In this document: in pieces, positions 50,894-59,617 of the stretch | How the letters are laid out: each line of letters opens with the position of its first letter | Numbering within the stretch: position 1 is the first letter of the stretch | NCBI GenBank assembly: GCA_040905565.1 | Contig: JBBDRF010000085.1 | Coordinates: 1-64,000 of the forward strand | Source: Phycisphaeraceae bacterium | GTDB lineage: Bacteria > Planctomycetota > Phycisphaerae > Phycisphaerales > Zrk34 | Length of the DNA stretch: 64,000 bases | Reading direction: 5' to 3' | Program-made: the position numbers and the translations under genes | The notes under the pieces: model-generated | Told to the model about the DNA's origin: nothing | The model's database searches: none | Seen by the model: only the letters and a program-made list of their open reading frames with translations

Positions 50894-53158
50894 TTAAGCG
50901 GCTGAACGGTCTTCTGTCAGGGCGGGGTTGGTGCTGTCGCGGATAAGCTGGAGTGTGTCGAAGATGAGGCTCACGTCGCCGTCTTCGCGGATGGTGGCGC
51001 CGCTGAAGGGGCCGCCCTGGACGTGGCTGTCTTCGAGGGGTTTAATCACAATCTCCTGCTGTCCCACGAGGCTGTCGACGACGAGTGCGACGCGACGATC
51101 ACCCGTGCCCACGACGATGGCAAAGCGCCCGGCGTGGTCGACGGGCTCTTCGTTAAGCCGCGTGCGCAGGTCGATCAGCGGGAGGACCTGGTCACGTAGC
51201 CGGATGACGGGCATCCCGTTCACCGTGTGGCAGGCCTGAGGATCGGGGCGGACGATTTCGATGATGCTCTGGATGGGAATGCAGTAGACGTGGCGTCCGA
51301 CGCCGACGAGCATGGCGGGCATGATGGCGACGGTTAGGGGGATAAGGATCTCAATCGTGGTGCCCGCGCCGGGTGTGGAGCGGATATGCACGGAGCCGTT
51401 GAGCTTGGCCACGTTGGTGTGGACCACGTCCATCCCCACGCCGCGCCCGGAGAGCCCGCTGATCTGTTCCGCGGTGGAAAAGCCTGGCGCGAAGATGAAG
51501 CTCAGCACGTCTTCGTCGGTCATGGCTTCAAGCTGTTCAGGCGTGGCAAGGCCCTTCTCGATCGCTTTGTTCGCGATGCGGTCGCGCTCAATCCCCCGTC
51601 CGTCATCGTTGATCGCTACACGAACGTGCGAGCCCTGATGTTCGGCGTCGAGTCGAATGATTCCCGCGGGCGGCTTGCCTGTTTCGCGGCGAACCTCGGG
51701 CGTCTCAATACCGTGATCGGCGCTATTGCGCAGGATGTGGACCAGCGGGTCGGCAAGCAGTTCGAGGACGCTTTTGTCGACCTCTGTTTGACGGCCCGTT
51801 ACCTGCAGTTCAATCTGCTTGCCGGTGGTCCGGGCAATGTCGCGTAGGACCCGACCGTAGCGATCGAACAGCTTGGCCATCGGCTGCATCCGCGTCCGCA
51901 TCACGCCCATCTGCAGGTTCCCGGTCAGGCGGTCTAAGTCATTAGACGCTCCGGCTAGCTCCTCCATGAGCTCGTGCGACGATCCATGTTCTTTCAGCCG
52001 GCGCGTCAGACTCGATACACGATTCTTGGTAAGAACGAGTTGGCCTACCAGGTTCAGCATGGCTTCAAGGCGGCTAACCTCCACACGAATGGTCTGCTCG
52101 ACTGGGGCACGCCGTGTCGCCGGGGCGGCTGCGCTTCCGGTGTTGTCCTTCGCCTCGTCGGCCGATGGGGAAGCAGCGGCGGGCGACGTGAATTGCTCGC
52201 GCGGCGTCGACTTCAAAACGCCGTCCGCCTGCAGTATCACCGTTGGGTCGTCGCTGTCGGGATCGACCGGATCGTCGGCCACAAGGGTGTCGGTCAGCAG
52301 GGTCGTCACATTGGCGGTGAGCGTGTCCAAAGGCCAGACCAGGCGCTTGCTTCGAGCGAGCGCGTCGGCCTGCAACTCAACCAAGTGGCGGATTGCTCCG
52401 AGTCGTGCGAGCAGTGCCGCAGTCGGCTGCTCCGAAAGATCAGGCAGACTGGCGCTGGCCTTGGTGAGCAGTTTGACGAGTGCAGCAAGGTTCTCAAGCT
52501 CGAAAAATTCGGCCGTGCGGCCCAAGGCACCGGCCGTCTCGCCCAGATGTTCCCCGGCATCAGCGCGAGTCGCGGGCTGTCGGGCGGTCTCAATACATTG
52601 CTCAATCTGCGCCCCGACGTCACGCAGATCGTCAACCATGAACCCCAGCAGATCCTGCTTCTGCGAGGGCAGGTCCAGCGAAACTTCCTCGGCGTCGCTC
52701 GTTGCAGGCTCGACTTCCTTCGAGTCAGAGGGGGCGGCACCGTTTTGGGAACCCTCGCCAGCCGCATCGCCATCAATCAGTGACTGAAGATCTTCTATGA
52801 GTTGTGGCGGACATGGCGGAACCGGCTCGCCGGCGGCAAGCGCGTCGGCCATGCTGCGGAGCACGTCGACGCTCTTGAGCAACAGGTCCATCACGTGAGG
52901 CGTGACGACGATTTCACCCTTACGTAGTCGATTCAACGCGTCTTCGGCCACGTGCGCAAAACTGGTGACGATGGTGAGGCCGAGGAAGCCCGCCGCTCCC
53001 TTTACCGTGTGCAGGGCTCGGAAGATCGAATCGAGAAGACCAGCAGCTTCATCTTTTCCGGCGGATTCAAGACGAACCATGTCGGCATCCAACTGCTCCA
53101 GCAGCTCGCCTGTCTCCGTGAGAAAATCCTGCATCAGTTCCGCGTCGAAATCAGACAT
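50894..53158 (-). CDS. cheA: Chemotaxis histidine kinase CheA
   Basis: Hpt FRALHTVKG, IRVEVSRLE, HILRNSADHGIE, FAPGFST, GRGVGMDVV, CheW-like C-terminus; start MSDFD. Confidence 0.96.
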   Translation of the reverse strand: MSDFDAELMQDFLTETGELLEQLDADMVRLESAGKDEAAGLLDSIFRALHTVKGAAGFLGLTIVTSFAHVAEDALNRLRKGEIVVTPHVMDLLLKSVDVLRSMADALAAGEPVPPCPPQLIEDLQSLIDGDAAGEGSQNGAAPSDSKEVEPATSDAEEVSLDLPSQKQDLLGFMVDDLRDVGAQIEQCIETARQPATRADAGEHLGETAGALGRTAEFFELENLAALVKLLTKASASLPDLSEQPTAALLARLGAIRHLVELQADALARSKRLVWPLDTLTANVTTLLTDTLVADDPVDPDSDDPTVILQADGVLKSTPREQFTSPAAASPSADEAKDNTGSAAAPATRRAPVEQTIRVEVSRLEAMLNLVGQLVLTKNRVSSLTRRLKEHGSSHELMEELAGASNDLDRLTGNLQMGVMRTRMQPMAKLFDRYGRVLRDIARTTGKQIELQVTGRQTEVDKSVLELLADPLVHILRNSADHGIETPEVRRETGKPPAGIIRLDAEHQGSHVRVAINDDGRGIERDRIANKAIEKGLATPEQLEAMTDEDVLSFIFAPGFSTAEQISGLSGRGVGMDVVHTNVAKLNGSVHIRSTPGAGTTIEILIPLTVAIMPAMLVGVGRHVYCIPIQSIIEIVRPDPQACHTVNGMPVIRLRDQVLPLIDLRTRLNEEPVDHAGRFAIVVGTGDRRVALVVDSLVGQQEIVIKPLEDSHVQGGPFSGATIREDGDVSLIFDTLQLIRDSTNPALTEDRSAA

Positions 53159-54038
53159 GGCGGGGCTCCGAAAAGCTTGACCGGGCAGCGGGTGTCGGCA
53201 CCGGTGTGTAGGCGAATGACTCAGCCAGCGGCAGCGGCGCGAACTGCGCGCTGACGTGGCGCAGCGTCTCGCTGTGGCCGATAAAAAGCGTGCCGTCCGC
53301 CGCAAGCTGGTTGTTGAACACCGAAGCGCAATGCGATTTCATCGCGTCGTCGAAGTAGATCATCACATTGCGACAGAAGATGATGTCGAACGTTCCGTAA
53401 CGGCGTGCGGCGTGGGCATCCTTGAGATTCAGGCGATCGAACCGCACCATCTCCTAGATGTCCGGCCGAATCTGATAGAAGTTTTCCGACGCCGTGAAGT
53501 ATCGGCTGAGCACTAGCGGGTCAGCATTGCGCACACTGTGCGCGGCATAGCGACCGGCCTCCGCGGCCAGCAGCACGCGCTCGGAGATGTCGGTGCCGAG
53601 GATCTCCACACGCCAATCGGCAAGACGAAGGCCGAGCGTGCGATGGATCTGAATGGCAAGGGTGTACGGCTCCTCTCCGGTGGAACAGGCACACGACCAG
53701 ATGCGTAGTTGACGCGTTGCCTTCCTCGCCTCGAGCATCGCGGGGAGAACCTGCTTTTCAAATACGTCGAGTTGCGGCGGATTACGAAAAAAGCTGGTTT
53801 CGTTGATGGTGATGCGGTCAAACATCTCCTGGAATTCGACGTCGCGGTACGGGCCAATGGTCAGAAACGCGAGGTATTGGTCAAAGTCGTCCAGGTGCAG
53901 TTCCTCAAGCCGGCGGGAGAGGCGCGTCTCCAGCACGTACTTGCGCGAGGGCTGAAAGTGAATGCCGGCGCGGTCGTAGATGAGCTTGCGAAGGCGTTCG
54001 AACTGTGCGTCGCTGATGGTGAGCGTCTGCGTGGTCAT
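53151..54038 (-). pseudogene. cheR: Chemotaxis methyltransferase CheR interrupted by an in-frame TAG at 53454-53456
   Basis: INETSFFR, WSCACSTGEEPY, GTDIS, then RPDI*EMVRF, then FDIIFCRNVMIYFD and GHSE in the same frame. Confidence 0.88.
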
Positions 54039-54042
54039 GGTG

Positions 54043-54600
54043 TTACTCGGCGTCAGGGGTTTCTGCTGCACCGTTGCCGCGAGCTTCCACGCCGGCCGTA
54101 GTGGTGCTGACAAAGAGCCGGGGCAGATCCAGGAGGATAAGCAGGCCCTGTTGGAGCTTGCCCACGCCTCGGACATAGTCGCTTTCGGGACTCGGTTCGA
54201 TGATGGACGCGTCGATGCGGAAGACCCGGTCCACGCGATCGACGATGAAACCAAGCGTGCGCCCGTCCAGGTCAACCACGACAATGCGTTTGTCCTTGGA
54301 CGTATCGCCGACCGGCAGGTCAAAGCGTTTGCGCAGATCGACGATGGGAATCATGCGGCCGCGGAGGTTGAGCACCCCTTCGACGCAGGGTGGACTCTGG
54401 GGGACGCAGGTGATGGGCATCATCCGGATGATTTCCTGAACGGTCAGGATGTCGATGCCGAAGTTTTCCGCACCCACTTGGAACGTGACCAGTTGCAATT
54501 GGCCTTCCTCGGTTCCAGCGGCTGCGTCCTGCCGCTGGTCGCAGGCCTGGGTCGGCTCCTGCGCGTCGCTGTCGGAGGGGGCAGTGTTAAGGGCTGTCAT
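54043..54600 (-). CDS. cheW: Chemotaxis coupling protein CheW
   Basis: QLVTFQVG, VQEIIR, GVLNLRGRMIPIVDLRKRF, GFIVDRV. Confidence 0.95.
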   Translation of the reverse strand: MTALNTAPSDSDAQEPTQACDQRQDAAAGTEEGQLQLVTFQVGAENFGIDILTVQEIIRMMPITCVPQSPPCVEGVLNLRGRMIPIVDLRKRFDLPVGDTSKDKRIVVVDLDGRTLGFIVDRVDRVFRIDASIIEPSPESDYVRGVGKLQQGLLILLDLPRLFVSTTTAGVEARGNGAAETPDAE

Positions 54601-54639
54601 AACGTTTCCTGTTTCGGTTAGGAGATCTTGAGGGGGGTA

Positions 54640-56466
54640 TCAGGCTGCACGGCTGGGATGCACGACCGATCGCCGGGCTCCGCCGTCGTGAGGGCGATCG
54701 CCTGAATCGAGGCGGAAGCGTGAGATCATCGCCTGGAGTTGCTCGGCTTTGGCTGAGAGTTGAGCCGCCGCGGAGACCGCTTGGTTGGAACCTTCGCTAG
54801 TCTGGCGTGCGACGGCGGCGATGGACTCAACATTCCGGCCAACCTGCTCGCTTGCGGCGGATTGCTCCTCGGCCGCTGCGGCAATCGACTGAATCATCGC
54901 CGCAACATCGCGTGCACTGGTGACGATCCGATGCAGGCTGTCGCCCGCTGCCGTGGCACGCTCCACGCCCTGCTGAACGCGCTCGGTCCCCGTGTTCATC
55001 CGCTGGACAGCGCCGTTGGTCTCAGCCTGGATCGCGTGAATCGACTGCCCGATCTCTTCGGTCGCCTTGGTCGTGCGATCGGCCAGCTTGCGCACCTCGT
55101 CGGCGACCACGGCAAACCCACGGCCATGCTCGCCTGCTCTCGCCGCTTCGATCGCGGCGTTCAGTGCCAGAAGGTTAGTCTGCTCGGCAATGTCGTTGAT
55201 GACTTCAATGATCTGTCCAATCTGTTCACCACGCTTTCCGAGTTCCTGCACGCTGGCAGCACCAGCGCTCACCGCATCCCGAATGGACTCGATGTCTTCA
55301 ACAGTCTGGCTGACGACTCGCCCTCCGTCCTCGGCGACCTTGCCGGAATCGGCGGCGTTGCTGGCAGCGTCGGCGCTCTTGCGTGCGACCTCGACGACGG
55401 AGCTGTTCATCTGCTCAATGGCCGCGGAAATCTGAGTCACCTGCTGATTCTGCTCACCTACGCCTGCCGCCATCTCTTCGCTTGAGGCGGCAATTTCCGT
55501 CGCGGCACTGGCGACTTCCTGCGTCGAACTGGAGACCTGCGTGAGCACCTCACGGAGCGTGGTCACGAAGGCATTGAAGCAGCGTCCCAGCTTGCCGACC
55601 TCATCGTCGGAGTGCACATCCACCTGTAGCGTTAGATCGCTGGAGTCCTGGATATGCTGAATGCGCGAAATCAGCTGCGCGATCGGCTGACTGAGCATGC
55701 GTCGCATGAGCCAGACGAGCAGGACAACCGCGACCGCCATGAGCGGGATCGTCCAGGCGAGCCCGCTCCAGATGAAGCCCGCCACCTGCGCATCCGTTTC
55801 GTCCAGAGGCATCACGACGTGATAGGAGCCGTGGGTGTCGCCGATGCGCCAGCCTTCCATTTCATAGCCGAGCATGTCCAGCCCTCCCGGATTCGTCGTG
55901 GCGGGCGTGCCGTGACACGACATGCAATCGGCAGTGAGCTTGATGGCACGCATGTAATGCATGGCGTTGGTTTCAGGATCGACCCGCGCAATTGCGTTTT
56001 CCCCGCCGCTGGTCGTCGCGTCGTAGAGGTCGCGGAGCATCGTGTCCTCGAACGAGCCGGGCGTCGGTTCGTTATCGGGATTGCGCGCGTTGAAGGCAGA
56101 GATGCGGAAGTCGATGTTCTCCCGCCTCGCCGCTTCCTCAGCCGAAGTCCATCCCACCACGATGGGCAATGTGCTGAACACCGCAGCTTCAGAAAGAGGC
56201 CGGCCCGCGTCCCGCGTCGTCTTCAGATCTGCCTCCAGGAAGTGCTGATCGAAAGCGCCCAAGTCGTAGATTTTTGAGGCGTGGTTTTTCGCTTCATCTG
56301 CTACGGCGGTAAAGGCGGCCGCGCGTTCGGCCATATCATCCAGCGCGGCGTCCGAGAAGCCTCGTACAAAAATGACATAGTTAATCGCCACGACACATAC
56401 AAGCAGCGTAAGTGTGGCGGCGATGATTCTTAACCCGAGACTGCTGTTTTGTAGACGTTTGAACAT
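54640..56466 (-). CDS. Methyl-accepting chemotaxis protein with periplasmic c-type heme (DUF3365/Tll0287-like) sensor
   Basis: Two TMs, [55 protein letters not shown]. Confidence 0.93.
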   Translation of the reverse strand: MFKRLQNSSLGLRIIAATLTLLVCVVAINYVIFVRGFSDAALDDMAERAAAFTAVADEAKNHASKIYDLGAFDQHFLEADLKTTRDAGRPLSEAAVFSTLPIVVGWTSAEEAARRENIDFRISAFNARNPDNEPTPGSFEDTMLRDLYDATTSGGENAIARVDPETNAMHYMRAIKLTADCMSCHGTPATTNPGGLDMLGYEMEGWRIGDTHGSYHVVMPLDETDAQVAGFIWSGLAWTIPLMAVAVVLLVWLMRRMLSQPIAQLISRIQHIQDSSDLTLQVDVHSDDEVGKLGRCFNAFVTTLREVLTQVSSSTQEVASAATEIAASSEEMAAGVGEQNQQVTQISAAIEQMNSSVVEVARKSADAASNAADSGKVAEDGGRVVSQTVEDIESIRDAVSAGAASVQELGKRGEQIGQIIEVINDIAEQTNLLALNAAIEAARAGEHGRGFAVVADEVRKLADRTTKATEEIGQSIHAIQAETNGAVQRMNTGTERVQQGVERATAAGDSLHRIVTSARDVAAMIQSIAAAAEEQSAASEQVGRNVESIAAVARQTSEGSNQAVSAAAQLSAKAEQLQAMISRFRLDSGDRPHDGGARRSVVHPSRAA

Positions 56467-56576
56467 CGTGTGCTTCCTCCAGTGGTGCGTGTTTCTCGGG
56501 TGAATCCCGAAGTTTTCTGTCGCGTTACCCGTCTAGATCGGGCCGCCTTGACGCATTCACCAGAGGGATTAGCCTT

Positions 56577-56610
56577 CCGAGCGGCAGAGGGAAAACCCTC
56601 TGCCGCTCGG
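56577..56610. other. Perfect 15-bp inverted repeat in the divergent intergenic region
   Basis: ccgagcggcagaggg-aaaa-ccctctgccgctcgg; no U tract. Confidence 0.8.
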
Positions 56611-56717
56611 GCATTCCCCTACGCTTCCGTGCCGTATATAATCTCAATGTGCGCCAAAATAATAGATCGTCCGGGCACCCAATCACACCATGAAGTAGTG
56701 GCTGCAGATGGTGTGGC

Positions 56718-58854
56718 GTGAGCTTTGATGTTTCTGAAAGACCATTACCTTTATCAGGCATTGGCGTGAGCATTAGACACACTCGAAGCAATGCAAAGAC
56801 GCTGACGCAAGCACAGATGTCAGCCGTCGTCGAGGCTGCTCATGACGCCATCGGCATCGCCGACGCCGCCGGACGCATCATTTATTTCAACAGCGCGGGT
56901 CGACGCCTCATCGGCGTCGCAGAGGATGCGGAGCTTTCCAACACGCGGATTGCCGACTATCACCCGCCATGGGCTGCGGACCTGATTCTCCGGGAGGGCC
57001 TGCCGGCTGCGACACGCGATGGAAGCTGGCAGGGTGAAACCGCACTTCTCACACGGGAGGGGGCGGTGATTCCAACATGGCAGGTGATTGTGGCGCATCA
57101 GCGGCCTGAGGGAGAGGTAGATTTTTACTCGACGATCATGCGTGACCTGACCGATCGGCGGAAGATCGAACGACTCCTGGAAGAGGCGCACACCGAGTTA
57201 GAGTCCCGCGTGGCCGCACGGACCGCCGAACTTGAGCGTATCAACGCTGAGCTCCAAGCTCAGATTGCCGAGCGTCGTCAGGCGGAACTCCTGCTCAAGC
57301 AGAGCCAGGACAAATTGGCCGAGGCCCATCGAATCGCCAAGCTTGGAAACTGGGAGTGGCACGTTGCCAGTAATCAGCTGCATTGGTCTGACGAGGTGTA
57401 CCGCATTTTTGGCCTGAATCGCAAAAGCTTCGCCGCCACGTACGACAGCTTCGCTTGAGCATGCGGTCGCCGAAGCCTTGCAGGGCGAAACGCCTTACTC
57501 AATCTACCATCGCGTGACTCGGCCTGACGGGACGATCCGGACGGTTCATGAACAGGGGGAAGTGATACGGGATGCAGACGGCCGGCCTCTCCGAATGGCA
57601 GGCACCGTGCAGGATGTGACTGAGCAGGTGCAGGCCGAGCAGGCCCTGCGGGCAATCGTGCAGGGCACGGCTGGTGCGACGGCGGAGAACTTTTTCGAAC
57701 TGCTCGTCGAGCACCTTTCACTCGCACTGGATGTGCGATACGTGGTCGTGGCGCAGCTGGTGTCGTGGTCATCAAGGGCCGAACTGCGAATGGAAACGCT
57801 GGGCGTGTGGTCACGAGAATCTCTGGCGGAAAACTTTAACTACGAAATCTCCGAAGGCCCATGCCAGTTCATTACCGAGCGACGCGAGTTTCACTGCCCC
57901 CGAGACCTTCAGGGCAAGTTCCCTCACAACCGACGGCTGGTGGCGATGGACGCTCAGAGCTGCGTCGGCGTGCCGCTGCTCGGTCGTGACGAGCGCGTCA
58001 TCGGAGCACTGCTCGTCTTTGATGATAAGACGATGACGGACATCGGCGTGGTGATGCCGATTATCCGTATGTTCGCCGTGCGGGCCGCTGCGGAGATCGA
58101 ACGGATGCTTACCGAACAGCGTGTCCGAGGCCGCGAACGTGAACTCGCCCACGCGGCCAGACTGGGTACGGTCGGGTCGCTGGCGGCCGGGCTGGCGCAT
58201 GAGTTGAACCAGCCTTTATGCTCCATCGCCAACTACGCACGTTCTTCGATTCGACGACTTGCCGCGGGCGATGAGGACCGCGAAGGATTGGTCGACGATC
58301 TTAAACGCGCCGCCGACCAGGCTGAGCGAGCCGGTCAAATCATCCGCAAGCTCAAGGCACTTGTTGCCGATCGTCCGCCTCATAAAGCCGTCGTTGATGC
58401 GAGGCAACTTCTCACCAGCAGCGCTGACTTCATCGCCACCGAGGCACGCCAGCGCAAGGTGAAGGTCGTCCTGGATATGCCTGACCAACCATTGTACATC
58501 AACGCCGATGAGATCCAGCTTGAGCAGGTGGTGCTGAACCTAATACAGAACGCGCTTGAGGCAATGACTGCGACGCCGCCGGAGAATCGCCTGCTGATCA
58601 TCGGTGCACACAGGCGCGACAAGTTCGTCCAGGTTTCCGTCCGCGACCACGGCGTTGGGCTCAGACGCGATCAGGCGGAGCGCATCTTTGAATCATTCTT
58701 CACCACGCGGAAAGACGGATTGGGGCTGGGACTGTCGATCAGTCGCAGCATCATCGAAGCGCACGACGGGTGCGTTTGGGCAAGCACCGAAAGCGCACCT
58801 GGCACAACCTTGCAGTTCACCATCCCCGCCCATCCGGCAACGGCTGGGGACTAG
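56718..58854 (+). pseudogene. PAS-PAS-GAF sensor histidine kinase (FixL/TtrS-like), frameshifted near 57452
   Basis: ORFs 56718..57458 and 57478..58854 join inside PAS2 (ATYDSF | LEHAVAEALQG); AHELNQP, QVVLNLIQNA, DHGVG, GLGLGLSI. Confidence 0.85.
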
Positions 58855-58886
58855 TTAACTTTGGATGACTCCGATTACAGGGAGAA

Positions 58887-59513
58887 GTGATGGTTGAAGA
58901 GAAGTCTACGCCTGTCGTGACGGTCGTGGATGATGATCCGGAAGTGCGACGGTCGCTGGGCCGCCTGATAGGCTCGGTAAAGCTCGATGTGACGATGTTC
59001 GGTTCGGTGGCGGATTTCAGGAGGGATTTCGACCCGTCGCGACCGGGCTGCATCGTCCTTGATATGCGCCTGCCCGACAGCAGCGGAATCGATCTCCTTG
59101 AAGAGTTGCGGTCTGCTGCGATGACGATGCCTGTCATCATCATCACCGCATATGGCGACGTCGCCTCTGCGGTGCGCGCCATGCACGCCGATGCGCTTGA
59201 TTTTCTCGAGAAGCCGTTCAACGACCAGGTGTTTCTCGGACGCGTTCAGCAGGCGATCAGGCTTGATGCAGCACGAAGGGAGCAACAGGTTGAACGTGAG
59301 GATGTTCGCAGCCGCGTCGCCGCCCTCACCACCCGTGAGCGGCAAGTGATGGAACTCGTCGTCATGGGCAAAAGCAACAAGATGGTCGCCGCCGACCTGG
59401 GCATTTCCCAGAAGACAGCGGAGAATTACCGAGCCCACCTGATGAGCAAAATGAAGGCAGAATCGTTGGCCGAACTCGTGAGATTGGCGATGAGGGACCA
59501 ACCGAAAACTTAG
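58887..59513 (+). CDS. FixJ-family response regulator (REC-LuxR HTH)
   Basis: VVDDDPEVR, LDMRLP, ITAYGDV, FLEKPF, LTTRERQV...SNKMVAADLGISQKT. Confidence 0.93.
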   Translation: MMVEEKSTPVVTVVDDDPEVRRSLGRLIGSVKLDVTMFGSVADFRRDFDPSRPGCIVLDMRLPDSSGIDLLEELRSAAMTMPVIIITAYGDVASAVRAMHADALDFLEKPFNDQVFLGRVQQAIRLDAARREQQVEREDVRSRVAALTTRERQVMELVVMGKSNKMVAADLGISQKTAENYRAHLMSKMKAESLAELVRLAMRDQPKT

Positions 59514-59617
59514 TCGCACACCAGCGATCCAGAGTGTAAGTACCCTCACTCTGGGGGTAAATCCCTATCCACAGGCGATCGACCTTCGCCGATCTGTTGG
59601 TTTAGACACCGGCAGGC

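Noticed and set aside
56467..56717. c-di-GMP riboswitch or sigma-54/sigma-28 promoter upstream of the MCP
   Set aside because: No convincing consensus match seen on either strand
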